NCBI GenBank assembly: GCA_964540055.1
Contig: CAZILC010000003.1
Coordinates: forward strand, 21,599-85,598
Direction: 5' to 3'
Source of the DNA: an uncultured Gammaproteobacteria bacterium
Lineage (GTDB): Bacteria > Patescibacteriota > Microgenomatia > Levybacterales > UBA12049
Length of the DNA stretch: 64,000 nucleotides
Positions 1-12,031 of this stretch are shown here, piece by piece; within the stretch, counting starts at the first letter, position 1, and the number at the start of each line of letters is the position of its first letter. The notes below the pieces were generated by a model. The model was not told the origin of the DNA. It saw only the letters and a list, made by a program, of their open reading frames with translations, and did not search any database. A program made the position numbers and the translations under genes.

Positions 1-1569
1 CAAGTGTTTCAATTGTCTTTCAACGACTCCCGGAAATACCCCAAGTTTTTCTGCTATAGCAGGCCTTCCTGGAAGTTTTTCACCCTTGCTAAGCTGTGTC
101 AGAAGTTCTCTCAGATAGATATCAACCCTCTTTGCATCGGATATATAATCGCCGCTCACGCGGGTAACTCGTGGTTCATTTGTATTAAGAAGCCCCCGTT
201 TTCCCAGTTTTTGATATGCTGTTTGGATTTGCCATTTACTTTCGCCATAATATTTGGCGAGTGTTTGTTGTGGTGGAAGTGGCATACCAGGCTCTAGTAA
301 ACCTGTTTCAATTCCTACAGCGATTGCATCTTGTAAATGTGTTGACAATGAGAGATCCGGTTGTGGCTGCGTACGAACGACAAACGGATCAAAATCTGGC
401 ATATCAAGAATCAATCGGGCATTTCGAAGTTGTGTAAGTGCTGCGCGTGCTGTTATTGGAGGGACATTTGCAATTGCTGCAAGTTCTCGTGAATCGGTAA
501 TACTGGTTCCAGGATGCAGCTCAGTAATAACATTCTGCAGTCGTGAGGCAAGTTGTAATGCTAGTGGTTCCTGTTCTTGGACTTGGGGGTTAAGAGGGCT
601 TTTTTCAAGTGTTTCACTAATTTTTTGAGCAACATCACTAATTGTCTCATGCTCACTCATAACAGGAGCAACAAAAACGTCAGCTGTTTGAGCTAAAACG
701 GGGGTCCGTACTCCTTCAGGGGCTGGTATATCAGTTTGTGCTGGTTTTGTCTGGTCAGGTGATGTTAAACCAGAAATGTGGAACATAGGTGTGGAAGGAT
801 GTATAGTTGGGCTGTTACCAGATACATGTAAGATAATTGGCGTGGGTGCGTTGCCTACTCCGGCTGTATCAAAAAAGGTAAAATAGTGAGTTGGCACTCC
901 TTGCCAAGGAGAGGAAACATGCGTTGTTCCATGTCTTTTTTTCGTTCGTTTGCGGTGCGGATTGAACCTTTCTCCGGTTCGTGAAGTCGGTCTTTGATCT
1001 GCAGGTCCTAAGGCCTCTTCAAGCTCGAGTCGTTCATCAGGTTCTATACCTCTTTCTCTGACAAAATATCCCTGATCCGCTTTTGGAACAAGTACATCAC
1101 CGAGTAGTTCCCGAGCTTTACGAATCGTAACGGTACTTACATCAAATTGTTCCCTCAGTTGTGCCAGAGAAGCAGTTTGGCTTCCTGGGGGGAATCTTCT
1201 TCCATCCCCTATTTCAGTAAGCATATGTGCAGCGACCCATTCTTGCAGTGACTGATCATTGGATGCCAAAATCTCTTTTTTGAATTCACTTAATGCTTCC
1301 TGGTCAATTGTGGGTGCAATAGAGCTTTTACTGCCTTGTGAGACAATAAGCCCCCGTTTTTTGAGTTCCCGTTTTGTTTCACTAATAATATGTCGGCTGG
1401 TACTATACCGGGTTTTGAGTGCGTCAATTGCAGGGAGCGGTTGTCCAGGTTGGTATTCCCCCGCGACAAAGCTATCAATGAATGCAAGCATGGTTTCTTT
1501 CCGGGTACGATTAGGCACAGGTCCTGTTTCGACTTGGTGTCCCTGATGAATAATTTCTGTTGTTGGCAT
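1..1569 (-). CDS. Protein with at least 5 tandem GntR-type winged-helix domains (3'-partial, runs off the window; absent from the ORF track)
   Basis: Manual translation from ATG at 1569 gives 523 stop-free codons to position 1 (MPTTEIIHQG...). GntR-like segments: GEYQPGQPLPAIDALKTRYSTSRHIISETKRELKKRGLI; FPPGSQTASLAQLREQFDVSTVTIRKARELL..QGYFVR; LHPGTSITDSRELAAIANVPPITARAALTQLRNARLI; LLEPGMPLPPQQTLAKYYGESKWQIQTAYQKLGKRGLL; LSKGEKLPGRPAIAEKLGVFPGVVERQLKHL. Confidence 0.85.
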   Translation of the reverse strand, partial: MPTTEIIHQGHQVETGPVPNRTRKETMLAFIDSFVAGEYQPGQPLPAIDALKTRYSTSRHIISETKRELKKRGLIVSQGSKSSIAPTIDQEALSEFKKEILASNDQSLQEWVAAHMLTEIGDGRRFPPGSQTASLAQLREQFDVSTVTIRKARELLGDVLVPKADQGYFVRERGIEPDERLELEEALGPADQRPTSRTGERFNPHRKRTKKRHGTTHVSSPWQGVPTHYFTFFDTAGVGNAPTPIILHVSGNSPTIHPSTPMFHISGLTSPDQTKPAQTDIPAPEGVRTPVLAQTADVFVAPVMSEHETISDVAQKISETLEKSPLNPQVQEQEPLALQLASRLQNVITELHPGTSITDSRELAAIANVPPITARAALTQLRNARLILDMPDFDPFVVRTQPQPDLSLSTHLQDAIAVGIETGLLEPGMPLPPQQTLAKYYGESKWQIQTAYQKLGKRGLLNTNEPRVTRVSGDYISDAKRVDIYLRELLTQLSKGEKLPGRPAIAEKLGVFPGVVERQLKHL

Positions 1570-1575
1570 GGGTAT

Positions 1576-1604
1576 ATTATAGGATATTTTAGATTAAATG
1601 TAAA
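1576..1604 (-). promoter_or_regulatory. Sigma70-type promoter giving a leaderless mRNA for the multi-GntR gene
   Basis: TTTACA-17 nt-TATAAT, 6 nt before the ATG at 1569. Confidence 0.75.
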
Positions 1605-1632
1605 CTATAGGTTGTTTTGATGAGTTGGATTA

Positions 1633-4509
1633 TTATGCAGCGAGTGCATCAAGATATTCTTGAGGTGCCCGGTTTGCCGGAATGATATGAGTTTTGATTG
1701 CAAATGGCTTATTTCGAGCTTCAAAATAACGGGTTGTACGAGTAATTAATGGCACATCATCCGGTATGCCATATTGACTGGCCTCAGTTGGCGTGGGCAT
1801 TTTGCTGCTTGTTCGTTCTTTCGTTTCATCAGGATCTGCAAATGCATGAGGCTGAATTGGCAAATTGTCTAAACTGGTACGAAGCTCCGTAAGCCAGAAC
1901 ATTGGTATATCTGTTTGCGTTATATCATATATATGTGCAGTTTTTGCACCTGCTAGCTTAATACCCCGAACATGACGAGTTTCATTGACAAGTTGCGTTG
2001 GAGGAATGTCTAAAACTTCTGCTTTAATTTTAGAGGGGATAAGTAAATATGATCGAGTTCGTTGTGCTGGTGTGTGTCCCCGTTTTCTCACCTCAGCAGC
2101 CCAAACTCTTGTATCATTGATATACGGGATTTCATTCATATCCGCAATAACTTCACGTTGCTGATCAGCTGGCAGGATAACTTCGGGTAGCTGTGTATCT
2201 TCTGTCCTTGGCAATTCCTTTGACAATGTTTCAGGTGGAGATGCTTCTGAAGTTGCAGGTGACTTAATGTCCACTGTGTGAGGCTCAGATTGTGATTCAA
2301 AAGTCATAAATCCAGCAACTCTCCCGAGTCGCATAATAGCTTCTTGTGTCGTTTCCTCAGGAGTGATTCTATGTTCAAAACTATAATTGACGAGTCCATT
2401 GAGAGAATGACCATCAAGGAATGCAAATTTACTTTTAAGAGCAGAAAAAGTTAACTCAGATACAGGAATTGCTAGTTCTTGAGCTGCTTTTTGGAGTATT
2501 TCGTATATTACTTTTCCTTCAATTCTCCCCCAATAAATCCTTTGATTTGTTCGTAGCGATGTTATCACGTCATCAGTTGGAGGATTACCTGCAATTTTTT
2601 CTCGCAGGAGTTTAATGGGATCTTTTGTGCTGCTATGACTAACGCTTAAAAAGTGTTTATACAGTCCTGATAGCGTTCTGCCCCCAAGAAGAGAAAAATG
2701 TTCGTCCAAATGAGTTTTCCCCCAACGGGTGATAGGTGGCAGTCTGTCTCCTTCTGCATCTCTTACCCTTTCCAAAAAGTTTCGAAGCACATCACCTGCA
2801 ATGTGGCCCCAAGGAACTGGTCTATCAAGTGAAAATGACAAAATTATATCATCAACCGATAGATGCAGATCCAAATCCTGTCTCATTTCAGTGATTGCAT
2901 CTACTCCGTTTTGGAGTCCTTTTTTATAAAAATGTTTTATTAACCCTTTAAGCTTTTTTTCATCCAGACTACTAAATTCTCTATCAAAATCTTCCCTTCT
3001 CCACAGTGAAAGCGGCGGTAATGCAACCTCTTCTAAATTTCTTAATCTGATAAGAAACGCTTTTATTACCTGTGGTGTAACCCGAGCCCATTGTATTGGT
3101 CTATCTAAATTGATAGCAGTATGCACATCTTCTGCAGTCATTGCAATTCCAACTCGCTCGTTAAGAAATGTTATTGGATCCATGTCATCTCGTTTTTTTG
3201 CCTCTCGAGCGGCATAGTTGTACAAACCTCCCAACGTATGTCCTTCTAAAAATGCCTTAGGCAACCTAAGATCATCTGAACCCAACATTGAAGGCGCGAG
3301 TCCCTCTTGTATCTGCTCAGAGAACCACCAAAAAAACTCTCCTAATACTTCAGGTGAGACATGTGGCCATTCTACCCTTTTACCTCTTCTAACAGCTTCG
3401 ATGAGTGCTAGTGTATTGTGATACATGGGAGCCTCAGGTGTCCGTTTTGCACTTACGATAGGTTCTTCACTAAGTCCGCTTGGATCAGTTCCTACTTGTC
3501 CTCCGTTTGATGTTATTGCCATAAAAGAATCAAAGTCTGGTAAATCGGGTACACGCACGGAGTCGCTATAATATGGGAGAGAATGCAGCATAGCCATACC
3601 TACCACATCTCCTTCTATCCGTTGCTCTTGTAACAGAGCTGCATCAGTCATGATTGCATTAGTGACATGTTCTATTTGAGATAACCGTAACACAGGAGCA
3701 GCTGCTAGGTATGAAGCGGCAATTGCCATAACCCATCTCACATCTTCTTCAGGAAATCCAGTATCATGAGTATCTTTCAGTAAAGACAGGATTCTTTCTT
3801 TATGCCGTTCCCGCAATTCAGGCAATGGCTCTTTTCTTTCCCACATTTCTCTCACATAGGAAATACCGCCTGATACGTTTTGTGGAATTTCACCTGGAGT
3901 ATGGTGATATGTTATTGCTTCTTGCCCTGATAGAGCTGTTTGATCATGTTTTGTACGTTGAGGTACAACAACAGTCGTCTCATCCGTTGTAGTTGGTGGC
4001 GCATCCGCACGTGCACGTATATTTGCAGCAACCTGATGATCTGCATGGGTGATTTCTTTAAGGATTCCTTGTATTATCGTATTTCCTCTACGTACTCTTC
4101 TTGCATGATCTAATTGGGGCACGATTCCTTCAGGTATTGCCGGCTCCTCGACATCTGGTATGGTAACACCTTGCCTATGAAGCCAGGGAGGTTGCATAAG
4201 TATTTCTTCTTCGAGATCGTTTAATACTTCCCGTTGTTGTGCACTACTGCTCACAATCCTATTCCTTCTGTCTGATGGGTCAGGTACAATGACACCTCTT
4301 CTTCTAAATACAGATATTGCTCGATGAACTACTCCGACACTGGAATGATAGTTTTCAACGAGTGAGAGTGTTGTAGGAAATGGTGAACCAGGTTGTAGTA
4401 CGCCTCCTTTGATTTGTGCTAGCAGATCAATTTCAACTTCTTGTTGGGTTATAGGTATTCTTCGCATTTTTGGTCCAGTTGATCCTTCATTTCTGTCCGG
4501 TTTTGCCAT
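1633..4509 (-). CDS. Giant GntR(HutC-type)-UTRA protein with four internal 93-aa repeats
   Basis: N-terminal wHTH GVLQPGSPFPTTLSLVENYHSSVGVVHRAISVFRRRGVI; C-terminal UTRA-like WAAEVRKRGHTP...KMPTPTEASQYGIPDDVPLITRTTRYFEARNKPFAIKTHIIPANR; start re-assigned to MAKPDR (ATG 4509, TATATT upstream). Confidence 0.75.
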   Translation of the reverse strand: MAKPDRNEGSTGPKMRRIPITQQEVEIDLLAQIKGGVLQPGSPFPTTLSLVENYHSSVGVVHRAISVFRRRGVIVPDPSDRRNRIVSSSAQQREVLNDLEEEILMQPPWLHRQGVTIPDVEEPAIPEGIVPQLDHARRVRRGNTIIQGILKEITHADHQVAANIRARADAPPTTTDETTVVVPQRTKHDQTALSGQEAITYHHTPGEIPQNVSGGISYVREMWERKEPLPELRERHKERILSLLKDTHDTGFPEEDVRWVMAIAASYLAAAPVLRLSQIEHVTNAIMTDAALLQEQRIEGDVVGMAMLHSLPYYSDSVRVPDLPDFDSFMAITSNGGQVGTDPSGLSEEPIVSAKRTPEAPMYHNTLALIEAVRRGKRVEWPHVSPEVLGEFFWWFSEQIQEGLAPSMLGSDDLRLPKAFLEGHTLGGLYNYAAREAKKRDDMDPITFLNERVGIAMTAEDVHTAINLDRPIQWARVTPQVIKAFLIRLRNLEEVALPPLSLWRREDFDREFSSLDEKKLKGLIKHFYKKGLQNGVDAITEMRQDLDLHLSVDDIILSFSLDRPVPWGHIAGDVLRNFLERVRDAEGDRLPPITRWGKTHLDEHFSLLGGRTLSGLYKHFLSVSHSSTKDPIKLLREKIAGNPPTDDVITSLRTNQRIYWGRIEGKVIYEILQKAAQELAIPVSELTFSALKSKFAFLDGHSLNGLVNYSFEHRITPEETTQEAIMRLGRVAGFMTFESQSEPHTVDIKSPATSEASPPETLSKELPRTEDTQLPEVILPADQQREVIADMNEIPYINDTRVWAAEVRKRGHTPAQRTRSYLLIPSKIKAEVLDIPPTQLVNETRHVRGIKLAGAKTAHIYDITQTDIPMFWLTELRTSLDNLPIQPHAFADPDETKERTSSKMPTPTEASQYGIPDDVPLITRTTRYFEARNKPFAIKTHIIPANRAPQEYLDALAA
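2310..3420 (-). repeat. Four degenerate protein-level tandem repeats, period 93 aa (279 nt); boundaries approximate
   Basis: Conserved Trp codons (VEW, IQW, VPW, IYW) at 3369, 3090, 2811 and 2532, exactly 279 nt apart; each followed by an L-x-G-L motif (FLEGHTLGGLYNY, SLDEKKLKGLIKH, LLGGRTLSGLYKH, FLDGHSLNGLVNY). Confidence 0.85.
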
Positions 4510-4557
4510 AATACTGGGGAATATAGCACTTTTTGAAGAGAGAATCAAACTATAGGT

Positions 4558-5406
4558 TTACTTTGTTTGCTTTTCTGTGGCTGTGAGGAGGTTTTCCATC
4601 AGCATTGCTACGTTGACGGGGCCGACTCCGCCTGGGGTTGGGGTATAATATGAGGCTATTTCTTTAATTGATTCTTCATCATAGTCGCCGTGGAGTTTAT
4701 TTTCTTTATTACGGTTGATGCCGACACTGATGAGAATTACTCCTTTTTTCAATGATTCTGGTTTTATTGTATTTTCCCGACCCACGGCTGAAATGACGAT
4801 ATCGGCTGTTTTCAGAATTTCATCAGGATTTTTTGTTTTACTGTCAATCAGATGTGGTGTTACGTTTAGTTTCTTCAAATACTCGATGATCGGTCCCCCG
4901 CCGGTTGGGCCTTTACCCAAAAGCGCGATATTTTGTTGCTGTAACCATTTCTCAAAACCTGTTTTTTTCTTCGTTTCGCCTGTATAGATTTCCTCCAATA
5001 TTTTTACAACGGAAAGCGGGAGCGGTAATGTATAGGGTGATTTCGGATGGAAGCCATCGACGTCTTTTTGAGGATTTGTTGTCAGCTCAAGCTTTTCTAC
5101 ATCTATTTGATCAGGCAGCGGGCGTTGAATTAAGATTGCGTGCACATATGGATCTTCATTTAACAATTTCACTTTTTCGAGAAGTTCATCTGTTGTAACA
5201 TCAGTTTTATAATTAAGAATAGTAACTTTTGCCCCGATCTCCTCCCCTTTTTTCTGTTTCAAGGTAACGTAAGCAACAGATGCCGGGTGTTCACCCACGA
5301 GGATAACGACAAGATGTGGAATAATTTTTTTCTTTTTAAGATGAGCAACGCGTTTTTCCAGGTCTTTATACAGTTTCTCAGCAATTTCGCGTCCGCTTAG
5401 CTTCAT
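4558..5406 (-). CDS. folD: Bifunctional methylenetetrahydrofolate dehydrogenase/cyclohydrolase
   Basis: LSGREIA, YVTLKQK, ILIQRPLP, KDVDGFHP, TPTPGGVGP motifs; start at MKLSG, 6 nt after TATAAT. Confidence 0.95.
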   Translation of the reverse strand: MKLSGREIAEKLYKDLEKRVAHLKKKKIIPHLVVILVGEHPASVAYVTLKQKKGEEIGAKVTILNYKTDVTTDELLEKVKLLNEDPYVHAILIQRPLPDQIDVEKLELTTNPQKDVDGFHPKSPYTLPLPLSVVKILEEIYTGETKKKTGFEKWLQQQNIALLGKGPTGGGPIIEYLKKLNVTPHLIDSKTKNPDEILKTADIVISAVGRENTIKPESLKKGVILISVGINRNKENKLHGDYDEESIKEIASYYTPTPGGVGPVNVAMLMENLLTATEKQTK

Positions 5407-5481
5407 GCTTGTATTATACATTATTGGATTCAGAATTTGAAATCACAGGATGGCCAGCGTATTCGCCTGTCAGCACTCATC

Positions 5482-8031
5482 TTAATCCTTCATAAGGCAA
5501 GTGGCGGAGGCAATCCCATCTGAAGAATGGGAGAAGCGCATGAGGATGACTCCTTGGGTGTCGCGGGATAATTTAGGTATAGATGAGATGGCGAGTTTGA
5601 CAATCTGGCCTTTTTTGGATGTGATAATTATTTCTTCACTGTCCGGTGGAATTATTTGTGCTGTAACGACCTGACCGGTTCTGTCGGTTACTTTTGCAAC
5701 TTTAACACCTTGTCCGCCTCTATTTTGCAATGGGAACTGACTAACCGGGGTTTTCTTGCCCAGACCATTTTCCATAATGACAAAGAGCTCAGCGCTGTCA
5801 CCTTTGGCAATGACATCCATACCGATCACCTGATCTTTACTGTCAATCTTGATTCCCCGCACACCCATAGTCGCGCGTCCCAATGGTCTGACATGATCTT
5901 CATCAAATTTGATTGCTTTTCCATCTTTTGTGATAATAAGAACATTGCTCTTGCCATCGGTAAGATTGCTCCAGGCAAGTTCATCGCCTGGATCGAGTTT
6001 GATCGCGATCATGCCGTTTCGTCTGATGTTTTCAAAGTCTGCAAGACTAGTTTTTTTAACAGTACCGTTTCTTGTAGTCAGAAAGACATAGCCTGCTTTG
6101 ACAGTTTTTCCATACACAACAAAAGACATAACTTTTTCGCCGGCTTCGATGTTGAGAAGATTGACGATAGCATTACCTTTACTTGTTCTTGAACTTTCTG
6201 CAATTTCATACGCTCTAAGAGCATAAGCTTTTCCTTTGTTGGTGAAGAAAAGGATATTGTCATGGGTCTGTGCTGAGCGGATGTGGGAAATACCATCTTC
6301 ATCTTTGACATTCATACCAGTTATTCCTTTGCCGCCTCTGTGCTGTGTATGGAAGGTGTTGAGCGATTGGCGTTTGATATATCCAGTCGTAGTAAGCGTA
6401 ATAACAGTCGGTTCATTGGGGATCAAATCTTCTTCTGAGAACTCCCCTACCTTGCCTTTAAAGACTTTGGTACGTCTGGGATCTGCATATTTTTCCCGGA
6501 GTTTGCCCAATTCACTTTTAATTACACTCAAAATTTTCTCTCCGTGTGCAAGCAGATCTTCAAGATACGCGATCGTTTCTCTCACCATCTGCAATTCATC
6601 TTCGATTTTCTGTCTTTCAAGTGCTGCGAGACGGCGAAGTTGCATATCTAAAATTGCCGTTGACTGGATTTCTGAAAGTTTGAATTTGCTCATCAAATTG
6701 GTTTTTGCTTCTTCCTGGGTTTTTGAGGCACGAATTGTCTGGATGACGGCATCGATATTATCAACTGCGATTTTGAGCCCTTCCAGGATGTGCAGTCTTG
6801 CTTTTGCCTGGCGAAGCTCAAATTCTGACCGACGTTTGATAACGGTGTATCGGTGTTTGATGTATTCTTCCAGAATAAGTTTCAGATTCAACGTTTGGGG
6901 TGTTCCATCAACGAGTGCAACCATATTTACCGGAAATGTTGTTTGTAGGGATGTTTGTTTGAACAAATTATTTAATACTTTCTTTGGAGCTGCATCACGC
7001 TTCAATTCAACATAGATGCGAAGTCCGCGTCTGTCTGATTCATCACGAAGATCTGAAATACCTTCAAGCTTTTTCTCTTTTGCAAGATCTGCGATTTTTG
7101 CAATAAGAAGCGCTTTGTTCACCTGATATGGGAGTTCGGTGATTGTAATCGCTGATTTTCCGTTGCCGATTTCTTCAATTTCTGCTTTCCCACGAATGAC
7201 AATCTTGCCGCGTCCTGAGACATAGGCACTTTTAATCTCAGTAATGTCATAAATTGAGCCTGCTGTGGGGAAATCAGGTCCCTTGATAAATTCAAGCAGC
7301 TCATCAATCGTCACATCACTTGCCAGGGGAACTTTGGGTTCGGCAAGAGAAACAACTGCTTCTGCATTCGTAACAACTGTTGGTGCTTCATCGCTTTTTG
7401 TGGTTTTGGCTGCCTCGGATGGATTAATGACGGTTGTTTTATCAATCATATAATTGATCGCGTCAATCAGTTCACCGAGATTGTGTGGTGGAATTTTAGT
7501 TGCCATACCAACAGCAATACCTTCTGATCCCATGAGAAGCAAATTTGGAAGTTTGGCCGGCAAATACACGGGCTCTTCTTTGGAAGCATCAAAATTGGGC
7601 ATGAAGTCAACTGTTTCTTTTTCTATATCAACGAGAAGTTCCGCGGTAATTGCTGCCATTCTTGCTTCGGTATAACGCATAGCAGCAGGAGGATCACCAT
7701 CGACTGAACCAAAATTTCCCTGACCATCAATCAGTGGATACCGCATCGAAAAGTCCTGTGCAAGACGTACCATTGCATCATAAACAGGCACATCTCCATG
7801 AGGATGGTATTTACCCAAAACTTCACCAACTACCGTTGCGCTTTTTTTATATTTTGCGCTGTGGACAAGGCCTATTTCATGCATAGCAAAAAGGATACGG
7901 CGGTGGACTGGTTTGAGACCGTCCTTTATATCAGGAAGCGCGCGGGAGACAATGACAGACATCGCATAGTTCAAATACGATTTCTTCATTTCTTCAGAAA
8001 TATTTGTGGGTTGTAATTTGCCGATATTCAT
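5482..8031 (-). CDS. gyrA: DNA gyrase subunit A
   Basis: [31 protein letters not shown] catalytic Tyr, GyrA-box QHRGGKG, C-terminal beta-pinwheel repeats. Confidence 0.98.
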   Translation of the reverse strand: MNIGKLQPTNISEEMKKSYLNYAMSVIVSRALPDIKDGLKPVHRRILFAMHEIGLVHSAKYKKSATVVGEVLGKYHPHGDVPVYDAMVRLAQDFSMRYPLIDGQGNFGSVDGDPPAAMRYTEARMAAITAELLVDIEKETVDFMPNFDASKEEPVYLPAKLPNLLLMGSEGIAVGMATKIPPHNLGELIDAINYMIDKTTVINPSEAAKTTKSDEAPTVVTNAEAVVSLAEPKVPLASDVTIDELLEFIKGPDFPTAGSIYDITEIKSAYVSGRGKIVIRGKAEIEEIGNGKSAITITELPYQVNKALLIAKIADLAKEKKLEGISDLRDESDRRGLRIYVELKRDAAPKKVLNNLFKQTSLQTTFPVNMVALVDGTPQTLNLKLILEEYIKHRYTVIKRRSEFELRQAKARLHILEGLKIAVDNIDAVIQTIRASKTQEEAKTNLMSKFKLSEIQSTAILDMQLRRLAALERQKIEDELQMVRETIAYLEDLLAHGEKILSVIKSELGKLREKYADPRRTKVFKGKVGEFSEEDLIPNEPTVITLTTTGYIKRQSLNTFHTQHRGGKGITGMNVKDEDGISHIRSAQTHDNILFFTNKGKAYALRAYEIAESSRTSKGNAIVNLLNIEAGEKVMSFVVYGKTVKAGYVFLTTRNGTVKKTSLADFENIRRNGMIAIKLDPGDELAWSNLTDGKSNVLIITKDGKAIKFDEDHVRPLGRATMGVRGIKIDSKDQVIGMDVIAKGDSAELFVIMENGLGKKTPVSQFPLQNRGGQGVKVAKVTDRTGQVVTAQIIPPDSEEIIITSKKGQIVKLAISSIPKLSRDTQGVILMRFSHSSDGIASATCLMKD

Positions 8032-8034
8032 TTT

Positions 8035-8062
8035 TTTGAGCTTTTAGCTTCTAGCGATTAGC
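8035..8062. repeat. Degenerate heptamer tandem repeat
   Basis: TTTGAGC TTTTAGC TTCTAGC GATTAGC in the ppa-gyrA spacer. Confidence 0.5.
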
Positions 8063-8078
8063 GTCTCGATTTGACATT

Positions 8079-8618
8079 CTATTTGAAGCCTTCGTTTTTG
8101 TAGCGTTCGATACATTCAGTAATGATCTCTTTCGCTTCTTTTATATCTCCCCAGCCAAGAACTTTGGTGGTTCCAGGTTTTTTCAGGTCTTTATAATGCG
8201 CGAAATGAAACTCGATTTTTTGCTTCCAGCGCTTTCCCAGATCGTCAAGCGTTTGGATTGAATCTCCCGTATTTCTGTCATCTTCTGGAACGCAAACGAT
8301 TTTGTAATCCATTTCACCGTCATCTTCGAAGTTAAAAATGCCAAGAATTTTTGACTTTACCAGAACGCCGGTCGGAATGGGTTCATGACACACAAGAAGT
8401 ATATCCAATTCATCGCCATCGGTATCTTTTGTTCCCGGAATAAAGCCGTAATTGACTGGTTTTGGAAACACATTTGGTTCAACTCGGTCAAGGATAAATA
8501 TACCGTGTTCTCTATCATATTCTATTTTGAGTGAGGATCCTTCGGGGATGTCAACAATTCCGTTGACCCAACCTTCATCTATATTTCCCGGTGTAAGTAA
8601 TTTATTAAAATCTGGCAT
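8079..8618 (-). CDS. ppa: Family I inorganic pyrophosphatase
   Basis: DIPEGS..KIEYD, LDRV, PVNYGFIPGT, DGDELD, DDGEMDYKIVCV, HFAHYKDL. Confidence 0.95.
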   Translation of the reverse strand: MPDFNKLLTPGNIDEGWVNGIVDIPEGSSLKIEYDREHGIFILDRVEPNVFPKPVNYGFIPGTKDTDGDELDILLVCHEPIPTGVLVKSKILGIFNFEDDGEMDYKIVCVPEDDRNTGDSIQTLDDLGKRWKQKIEFHFAHYKDLKKPGTTKVLGWGDIKEAKEIITECIERYKNEGFK

Positions 8619-8651
8619 AGCTCCTTAATATTTTCTGATTATAACACAACA

Positions 8652-10700
<2,049 letters not shown>

Positions 10701-10726
10701 TCATGAGTGCTTTTCTGAGGATAGTT

Positions 10727-11035
10727 TTAAGATTTTTTTAATCCATTTGTTGATTTCATTTTTGTGAGATTTTTATCTGACCAGTTCCACCAGCTAAGTA
10801 ATTTGGGATCGTGTTTGGTTTCAGTTACAAAATATACCATGCATCGGAACGTATAAAGCATGCAGCGGTCGAGGGTTGTTCCTCGAAGTTTGTTCAATTG
10901 ATCATACAGTTGGTCGGGATCTTTGTGTTTCAACTCCTTTGTAGAGCGAAATCCCATATCCCAGAGATCTTCAGCTATTGATTTACCTACGCCGGGTAAC
11001 ATCTGGAATTCTTTTAGAAGCACTTTTCTATTCAT
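10727..11035 (-). CDS. Helix-hairpin-helix protein (Cdd1/pathogenicity-locus-like family)
   Basis: LPGVGKSIAEDLWDMG HhH motif; DPDQLYDQL..DRCMLYTFRC..WWNWSD typical of this family. Confidence 0.8.
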   Translation of the reverse strand: MNRKVLLKEFQMLPGVGKSIAEDLWDMGFRSTKELKHKDPDQLYDQLNKLRGTTLDRCMLYTFRCMVYFVTETKHDPKLLSWWNWSDKNLTKMKSTNGLKKS

Positions 11036-11074
11036 TAGTATATTTTACACGATTTGTTTATCTCACTTTGCGGT

Positions 11075-11530
11075 TTAGGGATGAATAACAGCAAATGCAA
11101 CTTTTTTAGCGCCTGGTAAAATTTTGCGAATTCTTGGAGGTACATTTTTCGTATATCCCCATCTGTTTGCTAGTGCATTTACCAAAACAAGCCCTCGACC
11201 ACTTTCTGCATTCCATTTTGGATTTACAGGTGTGATTGGTATCTCAGCATTAGTATCTGCTACATAGATAAGTGCTCCTCCGCCGGGTAGTTGATCAATT
11301 CCACCTACAAAACTTGGTTGATCTTCTCCTGCGGAACCGTAGCGTACAGCATTTGTTGCAAATTCTGATCCTATAACTTGAGCAGTAAAAGAATCTCCAA
11401 ATAATCTAGTTCCTATCATCTCCCGAAACTCACCTATTGATCTACCTTCAGCAGCATATAATTTAACGCTGCGACTAAATTTCCCAGCACTTTCGGGATT
11501 CCTAGATCTACCTGTAACTTCAGTTCTCAT
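11075..11530 (-). CDS. Stand-alone HATPase_c (RsbW/anti-sigma-like) ATP-binding protein, actinomycete-type signature
   Basis: SEFATNAVRYG (N-box), VADT, ESGRGLVLVNALANRWG (G2 box with RWG), KKVAF. Confidence 0.8.
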   Translation of the reverse strand: MRTEVTGRSRNPESAGKFSRSVKLYAAEGRSIGEFREMIGTRLFGDSFTAQVIGSEFATNAVRYGSAGEDQPSFVGGIDQLPGGGALIYVADTNAEIPITPVNPKWNAESGRGLVLVNALANRWGYTKNVPPRIRKILPGAKKVAFAVIHP

Positions 11531-11646
11531 AATAAAATCTTCCTATAGTATATCATTTTTCTGCTAAAATTCAACTTATCTATTAATATAGTTGTAAAAT
11601 TTATAAGACTTTTCTAATAGGAACGGACATTATATAATAGAAAAGT

Positions 11647-11985
11647 ATGACTATTGTTGGAAATCTGACACAAAAGCATTGCAAACCTTGTGAAGGCGGG
11701 GTTCAGCCGCTTACGCCTGATGAATATGGAGCGTATCTTCGCAGTGAGCTCTCAGGGTGGGAGGATGTGGATGAAAAAAAGATCGTTAAAGAATATAAGT
11801 TCAAAAATTTTCAGGAAGGGTTGGATTTCATCGCAAAGGTTGGCCAGATTGCCGAGGCGGAAGGACATCATCCTGATATTTATTTGCATAATTATAATAA
11901 GGTCCGTTTAACGCTCTCGACCCACGCGATAAAAGGACTTTCAGAAAATGATTTTATCCTCGCCTCCAAAATTGATGCAAAATGA
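11647..11985 (+). CDS. phhB: Pterin-4-alpha-carbinolamine dehydratase
   Basis: CKPCEGG, FKNFQEG, AEAEGHHPDI, LSTHAIKGLSENDFILASKID. Confidence 0.93.
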   Translation: MTIVGNLTQKHCKPCEGGVQPLTPDEYGAYLRSELSGWEDVDEKKIVKEYKFKNFQEGLDFIAKVGQIAEAEGHHPDIYLHNYNKVRLTLSTHAIKGLSENDFILASKIDAK

Positions 11986-12031
11986 TCCACAAAGCTTGAC
12001 CAGGAGCGATTTGCCATGTTAAGGTAGTTGT

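Noticed and set aside
4-1620. Six short ORFs listed in the track over 4-1620
   Set aside because: They are shadows of the long minus-strand multi-GntR frame (1569 to <1), which has a promoter and recognisable domains
5656-8016. Long antisense ORFs (up to 259 aa) opposite gyrA, and similar ones opposite gyrB, recG, tyrS and pheT
   Set aside because: Typical antisense shadows of conserved genes, with no motifs or start signals
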